Positions 13,121-24,561 of a DNA stretch of 64,000 bases are shown here, piece after piece. Under the pieces are notes generated by a model. The model saw nothing but the letters and a program-made list of their open reading frames with translations, had not been told where the DNA came from and did no database searches. Numbering within the stretch: the first letter of the stretch is position 1; each line of letters opens with the position of its first letter. Made by a program: the position numbers and the translations under genes. This DNA is from Euglena gracilis (taxonomy: Eukaryota): positions 744,001 to 808,000 of the forward strand of contig CP154954.1 in assembly GCA_039621445.1 (NCBI GenBank). The letters are read 5' to 3'.

Positions 13121-13866
13121 AAAAATTTACACTAGGAATTAAGCTAAGTTATTTCTTGTGAATGAAAAGAATTCACAAGATCAGGGATAAAAGCATAACA
13201 CCTAAACTGTGCGCATGAGCATTTACGTATGAAAGTCTAGGAACCTTACCTTAATATTTTTCAATATCACAAAATATAGGGTACTCAGCAGCAATATAAG
13301 AAGTATAAAGACATTTTGGTCTCTTGTAGCATTTTATAAATATTCGTCCAAATCGACAATGAACGACACGCTTCTTACTAGCAAAAAATTTACAACTAAA
13401 AAGCACACACATAACACAAAGAACCAAATACAAAGTAGCAATAACTATAATGTACAACAAAATAAAACTCTTATCAGAAGATTACCTAATATTCTCACTA
13501 TGATTCAACCTATCTTGTTGAATTTTGTGATTAATCTTTTATATTAGCGAAGAAACATAGTCATTTTCCAAACACTCGAGGATATTATTCATATCGTTTA
13601 AAATTTTAAAAGAAAAATATTACGAAATTCACTGATTTCTATAAACAGATTGTCTTATTTTTTCGGAAGCATCATGTTTTGGCCAAAAAAAATTCAAACT
13701 TAAAGGAAACGTGGTTTGACAAATTCCTTGGTTTAATTATACCACAATACATTTATCCATGCAATAAAACACTAACGTAACGGCAGTCATAAAAATTACT
13801 CGAAAATCGAGTTAATATTAATAAATAAACTCACTAAGAGACAATTAAATAAATTAAACTTCCCAT

Positions 13867-13982
13867 AAGGGCACTAAAATCTTTTCCCGGAAAGTAACCT
13901 TTCAAGTATCTATTTACCCTTTATGTTTAACTTGCAAGTTCGAAATGTTTTAAGTGGATCCATAAAGACAAGAGCACCCTAA
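13867..13982 (-). rRNA. rrf: 5S rRNA, copy 3
   Basis: Same allele as copy 2. Confidence 0.9.
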
Positions 13983-14054
13983 AATAAAAGTTCATTCAAG
14001 AAACTTTTAAATCTTAAAAAAGTGACAAGTAAAAATAAATGTTTTGTTTTCATA

Positions 14055-14372
14055 TAGGAAAAAATTTTCGGTCGGTTAGTATATCTCGGCTAAAATTGTT
14101 ACCAATTGTACACCTAATACCTATCAAACGGTTCGTCTTACCGTGACCTATGAAGAGTACTTATCTTAAGGTGGGCTTCCTACTTATATGCTTTCAGCAG
14201 TTATCCACTCCGCACTTGACTACCCAGCGTATTCTGTTGGCACAAAAACTGGTACATCAGTGGTGCGTCCTTCCCGGTCCTCTCGTACTAAGGAAAGCGC
14301 CTTTCAATACTCTAACGCTCACACCGGATATGGACCGAACTGTCTCTCGACGTTCTGAACCCAGCTCACGTA

Positions 14373-14407
<35 letters not shown>

Positions 14408-14424
14408 GTACTACCGCCCCAGGT

Positions 14425-14484
<60 letters not shown>

Positions 14485-14972
14485 CAGCCTGTTATCCCTA
14501 GAGTAACTTTTATCTGTTTACGACGGCCTTTCCATACAGCACCGTCGGGTCACTAAGACCGACTTTAGTCTCTGTTTGACTTATAAGTCTCACAGTCAAG
14601 CTTTCTTATGCCTTTACACTCCACAACTAATTTCCGTCTAGCCTGAGAAAACCTTTGTACGCCTCCGTTACTTTTTAGGAGGCTACCGCCCCAGTAAAAC
14701 TGCCCGCCTGAAACTGTCAATTATCATGATTGTACATAAGATTAAGATTAGATTTCTAGCTTTCTCAGAGTGGTATCTCATTTTTCGGCTCCCCGTATCC
14801 CAAAAGACAAGATCATAGCCTCCCACCTATTCTGCGCAAAAAAAGCCCGAAACCAATTTCAGGATACAGTAAAGCTTCATAGGGTCTTTCTGTCCAAGTG
14901 CAAGTAGACCGCATCTTCACAGTCAATTCTATTTCACCGAGTCTCTTTCTGAGACAGTGTCCAAATCGTTAA

Positions 14973-15025
<53 letters not shown>

Positions 15026-18000
15026 AATTATAGTTATTGCCGCTGTTCACAGGGGCTTCAGTCACTAGCTTTGCTTACGCTAACCAATTTCTTTAACCTT
15101 CCTGCACTGAGCAGGCCTCGGCCCCCATACATGGTTTTTCAACTTCGCGGAGACCTGTGCTTTTGGTAAGCAGTCGCTTGGACCTCTTTTCTGCCACCTC
15201 ATTAGAGGTACTTCTTCTTCCGAAGTTACGAAGTCATTTTGCCGAGTTCCTTAGAAAGAGTTATCTCGCGCTCCTTAGTATATTCTACTAACCTACCTGT
15301 GTCAGTTTACGGTACAGGCGAGCTCACTATACATAAACAAAAGTTTTTCTTGGAAACATGACATCAATCACTTTCAATACCGTAGTATTTATACTATTCA
15401 GGCCTTAAGACAAAATATTTTTTTTAATATTTGATACCTCTTGAACCCTTAAACCACAAACCATCACGTGGCCGATCTAGCCTTTTTCGTCACTCCTTAC
15501 AAGTGAGCATTCGGTACAGGAATATTAACCTGTCATCCATCAATTTACGTTGTTAAACCTTATTTTAGGACCTGACTAACCCTTAGAGGACGAACCTGGC
15601 TAAGGAAACCTTAGGTTTTCGGAGCATAGGATTTTCACCAATGTTTTCGTTACTTAAGCCGACATTCTCACTTCTGTTTAATCCAGAACTATTTTCACTA
15701 TTCCTTCTCTTCAACACAGAACGCTCTTCTACCGATTTCTCTCACACCTTCTTCAAATTACTTAGTCCCGTTCATTTTCGGCGCACTATCACTTGACCAG
15801 TAACTAGGAACTTAACCAACCTCCTCTGTCTAAGCAATATTGGTACCTCCCTATTTTCCCTTAGTTTTTGTATGTAATACCTTGTTTCCATTTCCCTCAC
15901 AGTCGCTTACCCCCACTAAACCTTAATCAACTTCTGTTTTAGTTTTCTTCTCCATTTTTCCCTCCAAAAGTTGGTTTACCCCAATTCCATTTTAACTAAA
16001 TTCACCATAAAACCCAGCTAGCCCCAACCCCCTTCGTCAAAATCTCCCTCACACTCATCCCCCATTTTCCATTTCTCCCTCTTTCTCCCCCCTCTGACCA
16101 AAAATTCCTCCCTTTTCTTAGAACCCACTATCTAAAATATTTTTTTTACTCATTTCAAAACCTTTACACAATAACCAATAGATATTCACACTTTACTCAA
16201 TCTCTTTTCTCCCTCACCTTTCACTACTTTTACAACTCACAATTCCTCTCAAACTAGAATTCCCCCCCTAGCTCGCGCAAACTCATACTAATTAAAACTT
16301 CACCATTCCCTTATTTTTTTATTTCTCACTACAAACTTTTTCATAATAATATTAAAACATTCCTCAAAATTATCTTCGCCTAAAAAAAAGTCTATTTCCT
16401 CTAACATTTAAACCCGCATTTATCCATTCTTGTACTAGACAAAACTTTTTTTCAGCACTTTTATTCAAATTAAATTCCCCTAGACCTTACCCCTTTTGCT
16501 CAACTTTCCCACTTCTTTCCTCTCTCAAATTTAAACTTTTTACTCAACTGCAGTAGACAGTTATTCCTTCATTCCTACAACTGAGCTTAAATCGTTAGGA
16601 AAACTTACATTTTTCTTCACATCTCTCTAACTAGTTACGTAACCCCCCCTCTTCTCATATAACCACAGTATTTTTTTTAAACATAAGTCCTTATCACTTT
16701 TGTTGGGTACTTAACCCCTATAACTTCCGCACACCCAACCATTGATTGCTTTTTTTTCAGTTTCTAATAATTACTCACAACTCCTTTTTTCTTCAAGTAC
16801 AACTTCAGAATATTTGAACCTCCCACCATCTTCCTTTCTTCCTCTTACCCTTAACCACTAGTAAAAATAATTTTACATGTCACTTCTCACCACTGCTCGT
16901 TTCACTTCCCCAAAACTCTTCTACCAAATCCCTTGTTTCCAAACTTAGTCCCGTTCTTTTCGGCGCACTATCCTTCCAGTAAGCTATTCACTTTTTAAAG
17001 GAATTGCTTCTTCTAAGCCAACCTCCTGGTTGTCTATGTAATAGTACATCCTTTACCACTTAGTTATTATTTAGGGGCTTTAAGTACTGGGCTGTTTCCC
17101 TCTGACAATGAGCTTATCCTCCACTGTCTCACTGATTAATTGTAATATAACTTAGTATTGAGAGTTTGCCACAACTTGGTACCATTTTCATAGCCCGCAT
17201 CGAAACAGTGCTTTACCCCTAATGTTTACCATAATTAAACGCTGCGCCTCAACGCATTTCGAAGAGATCCAGCTAGCTCCAAGTTCGATTGGAATTTCTC
17301 CCCTAATCACAGTTCATCCCCCAATTTTTCAACATTGGTGGGTTCGGTCCTCCATTCTGTTTTACCAAAACTTCAACCTGACCATGATTAGATCACCTGG
17401 TTCGGGTCTATAAGCAATGACATAAACTTTCAAGAAGAAAGTTTTTCGCTTTATTTAAGCTCGATTTCACTATGGCTCCGGAAAAACCTTAACCTTGCCA
17501 TCACCTATAAGTCGCCGGCTCATTCTTCAACAGGCACACAGTCAATCTTTAAATAGATCTCCTACTGCTTGTAAACTTATGCTTTCATATTCTATTTCAC
17601 TCACTTCTCAGTGTTCTATTTCAGCTTTCCCTCACGGTACTCGTACACTATCGGTCATTAGGAGTATTTAGCCTTACGAGATGGTCCTCGCTGATTCACA
17701 CAGAATTCCACGTGCTCTATGCTACTCGGGAAAATCAAAAATTACTTTTTAAAAACAAATACGGGATTTAAAACCCTCTTTGATTTTGTTTTCAACAAAT
17801 TCTCTATCTTTTTCAGTAATTATAATATACCCACAACACCCATAAAGGTTTAGGCTGATTTCCGTTAGCTCGCCACTAATAAGAAAATCGCTTTTGCTTT
17901 CTTTTCCTTCGGCTACTAAGATGTTTCAGTTCACCAAGTTCTCTACATTATTTGTATACCATTTCATTGTAATGTTAAAGTAATAGGTTGCCCCATTCGG

Positions 18001-18112
18001 GAATCTTTAGATTAAAGCTCGTCTTTAGCTCCCTAAAGCATATCGTTAATTTCTACGCCCTTCTTCGACTCTAAATGCCAAGCAATCCCGCATAAGCCCT
18101 TGTTCATTTGAA
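14055..18112 (-). rRNA. rrl: 23S rRNA, copy 3, interrupted by a ~1.17-kb garbled segment
   Basis: Matches the other copies except ~15804-16980, with small indels up to ~17400. Confidence 0.88.
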
Positions 18113-18130
18113 CCTACATCAAAACCTTTT

Positions 18131-18203
18131 TGGAGATAAGCGGACTCGAACCGCTGACATCTGCCTTGCAAAGGCAGCGCTCTACCAACTGAGCTATACC
18201 CCC
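18131..18203 (-). tRNA. trnA: tRNA-Ala(UGC)
   Basis: Same as the other copies. Confidence 0.97.
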
Positions 18204-18212
18204 AAAACCAAG

Positions 18213-18286
18213 AGGGCCATGCTAGACTTGAACTAGCGACCTTACCCTTATCAAGGGTATGCTCTAACCAACTGAGCTAATAGCCC
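18213..18286 (-). tRNA. trnI: tRNA-Ile(GAU)
   Basis: Same as the other copies. Confidence 0.97.
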
Positions 18287-18369
18287 TCTTGGAAAAATAA
18301 GAGGTTTCCCTACTTATTTTTTTTTTTTTTTATTGTTTTCAATCTATACATTTTTTTAGTTAAAAAACT

Positions 18370-18492
18370 AAAGGGAGTTGTTCCAGCCACACCTTCCAGT
18401 ACGGCTACCTTGTTACGACTTCACCCCAGTCACCAGCCAGGCCTTAGGTATTTCCCTCTTTTCAGGCAAGATAATAACTTCGGGCACAGCCA

Positions 18493-18529
<37 letters not shown>

Positions 18530-18789
18530 AGAACGTATTCACCGCCGTATAGCTGACCGGCGATTACTAGCGATTCCGGCTTCATGTAGGCGAGTTTCAG
18601 CCTACAATCCGAACTTAGGCTAAGTTTTAAGATTAGCTCATTTTCACAAAATTGCAACTTATTGTCTTAACCATTGTAGCACGTGTGTAGCCCAGGATAT
18701 AAGGGGCATGATGACTTGACGTCGTCCTCACCTTCCTCTGGTAATAACCAGCAGTATTTCTAAATGACAAGCGTTAATTAAAAAAAAGG

Positions 18790-18841
<52 letters not shown>

Positions 18842-18909
18842 CCACCTGTGTCTAGATACCCGAAGGTACTGCGTTCTTTCAAACTTCCTCCTAGATCCTG
18901 TCAAATCCT

Positions 18910-18990
<81 letters not shown>

Positions 18991-19083
18991 CTTGTGCAAG
19001 CGTACTCCCCAGGCGGGATACTTAACGTGTTAACTACAGCAGTGCACTTTCAGCACCACTTAGTATCCATAGTTTACGGCCAA

Positions 19084-19115
<32 letters not shown>

Positions 19116-19859
19116 TCAGCTTTCGTTTCTCAGCGTCAGTATTGGCCTAGAAAAGTGCCTTCGCCATTGGTGTTCTTTCCAATCTCTACGCATTTCACCG
19201 CTACACTGGAAATTCCCTTCACCCCTACCATACTCAAGTCTAGCAGTTTTTAATGCCCTTCCAAAGTTAAGCTTTGACTTTTAACATTAAACACACTTGA
19301 CCGCCTACAAACTCTTTACGCCCAATAATTCCGGATAACGCTCGCATCTCCCGTATTACCGCGGCTGCTGGCACGGAATTAGCCGATGCTTATTCCTCAA
19401 ATACCGTCATTTCTTCTTCTTTGAGAAAAGAAGTTTACAACCCAAAGGCCTTCTTCCTTCACGCGGTATTGCTCCGTCAGGCTTGCGCCCATTGCGGAAA
19501 ATTCCTCACTGCTGCCTTCCGTAAAAGTCTGTTCCGTTCTCAATCCCAGTGTGGCTGATCATCCTCTCAAATCAGCTACTGATCGTCGCCTTGGTAAGCC
19601 TTTACCTCACCAACAAGCTAATCAGATGCAAGCTCATGCCTAGGCGAAATTCTCTTTAACTAGCTACTCACATAGATCTAGTAAATTATGAGGCATTAGC
19701 AAACGTTTCCATCTGTTATTCCTCACCCAAGCGCAGATTCTTACATATTACTCACCCGTCCGCCACTAAATTACTATTGCTAGTAATTTCGTTCAACTTG
19801 CATGTGTTAAGCATACCGCCAGCGTTCACCCTGAGCAAGGATCAAACTCGTCATTTCCA
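18370..19859 (-). rRNA. rrs: 16S rRNA, copy 3 (9-nt deletion and private SNPs; may be non-functional)
   Basis: 16S motifs present; gttgcgggact at ~18790 vs gttgcgctcgttgcgggact in copies 1 and 2. Confidence 0.9.
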
Positions 19860-19940
19860 AAACATCAAAGTTGGTCAAATCCTTTCACCCTCTTGGTGAC
19901 CAAGCAAGGGGCACATTTACTATAATGTGTACACTAAAAG

Positions 19941-19994
19941 CGCGCTTTGTAGGATTCGAACCTACTACATCAGGTTTTGGAGACCTACGCCTTA
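19941..19994 (-). pseudogene. pseudo-trnW(CCA)
   Basis: Same as the other leader copies. Confidence 0.85.
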
Positions 19995-20018
19995 CAATTT
20001 TAACGAAAAGCAATATTT

Positions 20019-20091
20019 AGCTATGCTTAACACATGCAAGTTGAACGAAAGGCTTTAATCCACGACCCTACCTTTATCAAAGATATTCCAT
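20019..20091 (-). pseudogene. pseudo-trnI interrupted by an inverted 16S fragment
   Basis: ccacgaccctacctttatcaaagatattcc resembles the trnI remnant; 20022-20050 is the reverse complement of 19787-19815. Confidence 0.7.
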
Positions 20092-20820
20092 AATAAGCAG
20101 TTAACGTCGTTTCTAAAGAGTTGAACATGTTTTTTATCTCATTTACATTTTGATATTCAAGGATATTTGAGTTGACAAAAATTATCGCATCATAATGATA
20201 AGTATTGTTTAATTTCAGTAAATCCTTGGATTTCTTAACTACTAAAGGATAAAAGCCTTTAAATTGCAAATAAGATTCGAAAAAATCGATTAAATATCTA
20301 TGTTCACTGCCTAAAATTAAAAATACCTTATTTTTACCCATATTTAGATGGGATTCATAAATATCCAACATCCACCTTAAGTCTTTGGGTATTATGTATT
20401 CATTAAAATTAATTTTTTATTTCACACCTAATCTCGTACTTAAATATATGTTTCTTAATTGACGTTCAATAGCGTCGCCCTTATATACAAATTCTGAAGG
20501 TTTTTCTTTTTCAAACAGTAACATAGCATTTTCTATGTCCCCTTTTTTCACTAATTCAATCATCCTTTCTTCCAAAGGAAGATATTGAAAATATTTACCA
20601 TATTTTTTAAGAATTGATTCCGAAGCCATGAAATTTTCTGAAGCATCCACAAAGTTAAATATTTGTTTTATTAAATAGTCGAGCAAATCTTTCTCATTGT
20701 TAACTCTGGCCTATAAATTTTAGAATCAATAGATATATCGAAAAAATTTGCCAATTTAGTATCGACTTCTTTAATAAAATACGAATGCACATGAGGGTCC
20801 ACCTGTTCTATGAAATTCTC
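20027..20820 (-). pseudogene. broken ORF of unknown origin (joins the 89-aa and 114-aa ORFs)
   Basis: The two ORFs are in frame, separated by one TAA (LGVK*KINFNEYIIPKDLRWMLDIYE). A further open stretch (ENFIEQVDPHVHSYF...) lies upstream across one frameshift. Confidence 0.6.
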
Positions 20821-21330
20821 GTACTAACGCATAATCAACTAATCCATATTTAACCTCAATAGTGAGAATACTTATCAAAATCCTGATAAGGTACTTCCTT
20901 AATATTTACTCCCTATAAGTTTTTAATAAGTCAATTTTAAATTTATTAATTTAATAAGGTAAAAAGTAGGCAAACTCACTATACTCCATCAAAAAAAACG
21001 CCAATTATTCTACAAATTGACATTGATAAAAAAGCATATTTAAATAAGTGATAGAATAATCACATTTTCCATGACACTATATTTTAATTAATCGATTTTT
21101 TTGACACGCTTTAAGAAAAATATTCTACTTCTACTACGTTTAAAATATGCCCATTTTCAATGATAAAAAAAAAAAAGCTTTCAACTAAATTTTTGGTCCA
21201 GGTTTTTTTCATCATATTGTGCTTTATAAGAACAATATTTTTTATAAATTTTTTTTACTGTTAAATTGATTTTTGTATTATTTAAATTTTTTTCTTCTTT
21301 TTTTGTCATACTTTTCTCCCTATATAAAAA

Positions 21331-22386
21331 TCAAAAACAAGGCAATGAAGACCGAATCTGCCGTAAATCGACATTTTCACAAGCTCTTTTTCTAAAGTTT
21401 TTAACCATTATATCTAACTGTTCTTCACCATAAATTTCTTTGTTCACTAAAGTATATAATTCAAATTTATCAATTTTTTTATTTTTTGCTTTTTCTAGAA
21501 AAAAAATAAGAAGCATTTCCACAAAAATCCAGTTAAAATCCCAGTTTTTATAATTATCGTTTTTTAAAGAATTATGTTTATAAAACTTAGAAGCTTGCTT
21601 AAATAAAAAAATATTAGAAATATTAGAATTTGAGATACTATTTTCTAATACTGCGACTTCAGATATATACTTCAACAACATAGAACGAAGTTTTATTGCA
21701 TCGTTTTTACTCGTTAAAAAAAACAAATTTTTGTACTCTATTATATATTTTTCAATGATGTTTAAAAATTGATCATTAGCTTTCAAAACATTAAAATGAT
21801 CGTGTAAAAAATTATTAGAATCATTTATTTCTAATTCCTTTTTCTCTTCTGTTATTTTTTCTTTCACTTTTAAATAATTTTCTGAGGAATTGGAAATCAA
21901 TTTAGAAAAAAACGAAGGAAAACAATGATCTTTTCGCGCACGACTTAATAAATTATTTTTAATAACAAAATCAAAACTTAAAGAATTTTTTAAACCATTT
22001 TCAAACCTTGGAACACCTGACCAACAAACTTCAATGTTTTTATTCCCTGTTTTAGAAAAAAAATTATCAAGTGAAGTTTTACTACTCGATCCCTTTTCTA
22101 CAATAACAGAATTTTTTTCAAAAGAAAATAATTTTTTAAGACCATGCCTTCGGTAATTTTTATTAAATTCTATATAGACCTCTATAGTCACTTCACAAAA
22201 GTTGTTTAAATTATTTTCAGACAAATCAAAACCATAAATAATAAAAGAAATAGAGTTATAATTAATTAACTCTTTCCACTTTTTGATGAATAATAAGTTA
22301 AAATCCTCAAAACTACCGAACCCTGTTTTAATAAAAACATGCCAGTTTTTTCCTGGAACCATTGAATACATAATAAAATCTCCCAT
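21331..22386 (-). CDS. hypothetical protein orf351 (likely start at second ATG 22371, 346 aa)
   Basis: Long ORF in very AT-rich DNA; GGGAG lies 8 nt before the ATG at 22371. Confidence 0.75.
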   Translation of the reverse strand: MGDFIMYSMVPGKNWHVFIKTGFGSFEDFNLLFIKKWKELINYNSISFIIYGFDLSENNLNNFCEVTIEVYIEFNKNYRRHGLKKLFSFEKNSVIVEKGSSSKTSLDNFFSKTGNKNIEVCWSGVPRFENGLKNSLSFDFVIKNNLLSRARKDHCFPSFFSKLISNSSENYLKVKEKITEEKKELEINDSNNFLHDHFNVLKANDQFLNIIEKYIIEYKNLFFLTSKNDAIKLRSMLLKYISEVAVLENSISNSNISNIFLFKQASKFYKHNSLKNDNYKNWDFNWIFVEMLLIFFLEKAKNKKIDKFELYTLVNKEIYGEEQLDIMVKNFRKRACENVDLRQIRSSLPCF

Positions 22387-23280
22387 AAATAAAAAAATAA
22401 ATCATTTTTTGAAAACCTCAAACTTCCATATCTCCATTATGCAAAAAAAAAAAAAAAATGAAAAAAAAAATTTGCAAACCTTCAATTCGAACTTGCGACC
22501 CACTACGATGAAGTAACATAATCACAACGTTACCAATTAAGGATTTTTTTTCTATAATAATAATTTTTTTAAAAAAAAATGAGTGTGAAAAATATAAAAA
22601 TCTTAATTGAAAAAAAAAATAATAACAAATAACAACTTTTTAAAAAATATAAAAAAATAGATCATTAAAATATATCTTAACTACAATTTCGTTGTAGGTT
22701 AAATTTTAAAAAATCCCGAAGTAAATTGCAAGAACTCTGGAATCAAGGAAAAATATATAAGCAAAAAAAATAACACAGTTTTGCTTAAAAAAAAAAATAA
22801 ATTTTCTGAATAAATACATCCTAAAAATCATAAATAAAATGTAAGAAATTGCTTTTTTTGATGAATAATAAGTTAAAATCCTCAAAACTACCGAATCCTG
22901 TCTTAATAAAAACATGCCAATTTTTACCCGGCACTATTGAATGCATAAAAATCTCCCATAAATAAAATCACCGAATTTTAGAACAACCCCCCCCTATTTG
23001 CAAAAAAAAAAAAAAAAATGAAAAAAAAAATTGCAAAACCCAAATTCGAGCTGTCGTACTAATTACGATACTGAAATGTAGTTACCACATAGTCTACAAA
23101 GCATTTTTTTTTTTCTAAAAAAATAATAAAAAAAATTGACCTATTTTTATATAAAAAACCATGTGTTAAGGAAATAATATTACGTATAAAAAACGTAGTG
23201 ACTACTAATAATTATGTATCAAGTTATTTAATACATAAAAAATTTAATATATTGATATTTTTCTTTGAAATCGAAAATAG
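22368..23280. repeat. ~0.91-kb direct repeat, copy 1
   Basis: Nearly identical to 23637-24552. Confidence 0.95.
22821..22946 (-). pseudogene. truncated orf351 paralog (41 aa)
   Basis: MHSIVPGKNWHVFIKTGFGSFEDFNLLFIKKSNFLHFIYDF* vs orf351 MYSMVPGKNWHVFIKTGFGSFEDFNLLFIKK; preceded by GGGAG. Confidence 0.8.
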
Positions 23281-23307
23281 TATGTATTGACATCAGAGGT
23301 AATTTTT

Positions 23308-23655
23308 TTACTCCTCCGTTTTTTGCATTTCTATAATAGTATTATCTGTGTATAAGTTACGCGGTAACTCAACTCCTTTTTCCTCAAGAAATTTTTCAAT
23401 AAACTCATAAAATTGCTTTTCTCTTTGCTTAGAATCATATTCATATGATTCGCCATACTGTTTTCTGCGACGTTTTTCAGCAATTTCGTTTCTCAGAACA
23501 ACATCTTCCCAACTAAAAAGTTGATCATTAGGTTTTTTTTCATTAAAAATAGGATAATCATTTCTTTCTAATTCCTTTTTATCTTCCATTAATTTTTGAT
23601 AATCCCTTTCGGGAACCATTGAGCACATAAAATAAAACATAATAAAATCTCCCAT
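23308..23655 (-). CDS. hypothetical charged protein related to orf351 (likely start 23640, 110 aa)
   Basis: Same leader and RBS as orf351; shares the motifs SMVP, KKELExND and KxNDQ. Confidence 0.6.
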   Translation of the reverse strand: MGDFIMFYFMCSMVPERDYQKLMEDKKELERNDYPIFNEKKPNDQLFSWEDVVLRNEIAEKRRRKQYGESYEYDSKQREKQFYEFIEKFLEEKGVELPRNLYTDNTIIEMQKTEE

Positions 23656-24552
23656 AAATAAAAAAATAAATCATTTTTTGAAAACCTCAAACTCCCATAT
23701 CTCCATTATGCAAAAAAAAAAAAAAAATGAAAAAAAAAATTGCAAACCTTCAATTCGAACTTGCGACCCACTACGATGAAGTAACATAATCACAACGTTA
23801 CCAATTAAGGATTTTTTTTTTCTATAATAATAATTTTTTTTAAAAAAAATGAGTGTGAAAAATATAAAAATCTTAATTGAAAAAAAAAAATAATAACAAA
23901 TAACAACTTTTTAAAAAATATAAAAAAATAGATCATTAAAATATATCTTAACTACAATTTCGTTGTAGGTTAAATTTTAAAAAATCCCGAAGTAAATTGC
24001 AAGAACTCTGGAATCAAGGAAAAATATATAAGCAAAAAAAATAACACAGTTTTGCTTAAAGAAAAAAATAAATTTTCTGAATAAATACATCCTAAAAATC
24101 ATAAATAAAATGTAAGAAATTGCTTTTTTTGATGAATAATAAGTTAAAATCCTCAAAACTACCGAATCCTGTCTTAATAAAAACATGCCAATTTTTACCC
24201 GGCACTATTGAATGCATAAAAATCTCCCATAAATAAAATCACCGAATTTTAGAACAACCCCCCCTATTTGCAAAAAAAAAAAAAAAAATGAAAAAAAAAA
24301 ATTGCAAAACCCAAATTCGAGCTGTCGTACTAATTACGATACTGAAATGTAGTTACCACATAGTCTACAAAGCATTTTTTTTTTTCTAAAAAAAATAATA
24401 AAAAAAATTGACCTATTTTTATATAAAAAACCATGTGTTAAAGAAATAATATTACGTATAAAAAACGTAGTGACTACTAATAATTATGTATCAAGTTATT
24501 TAATACATAAAAAATTTAATATATTGATATTTTTCTTTGAAATCGAAAATAG
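23637..24552. repeat. ~0.91-kb direct repeat, copy 2
   Basis: Nearly identical to 22368-23280. Confidence 0.95.
24092..24217 (-). pseudogene. truncated orf351 paralog, second copy
   Basis: Same as 22821-22946. Confidence 0.8.
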
Positions 24553-24561
24553 AAAGGAATA

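Larger units (their letters stand above)
2025..19994 (-). repeat. three tandem ~5.9-kb rRNA operon repeats
   Basis: Near-identical blocks at offsets of 5922 and 5920; the third has ~1.17 kb of extra sequence. Confidence 0.95.

Noticed and set aside
15804-16980. Group I intron or mobile insertion in 23S
   Set aside because: No intron core or endonuclease ORF; the sequence is a noisy echo of its flanks.
2308-19033. ORF-track entries inside the 16S and 23S genes
   Set aside because: Shadow ORFs within rRNA, repeated in each operon copy.
22706-22915. 69-aa ORF MFLLRQD... (also 23977-24186)
   Set aside because: Out of frame with the homologous reading, which starts at 22946 after the RBS.
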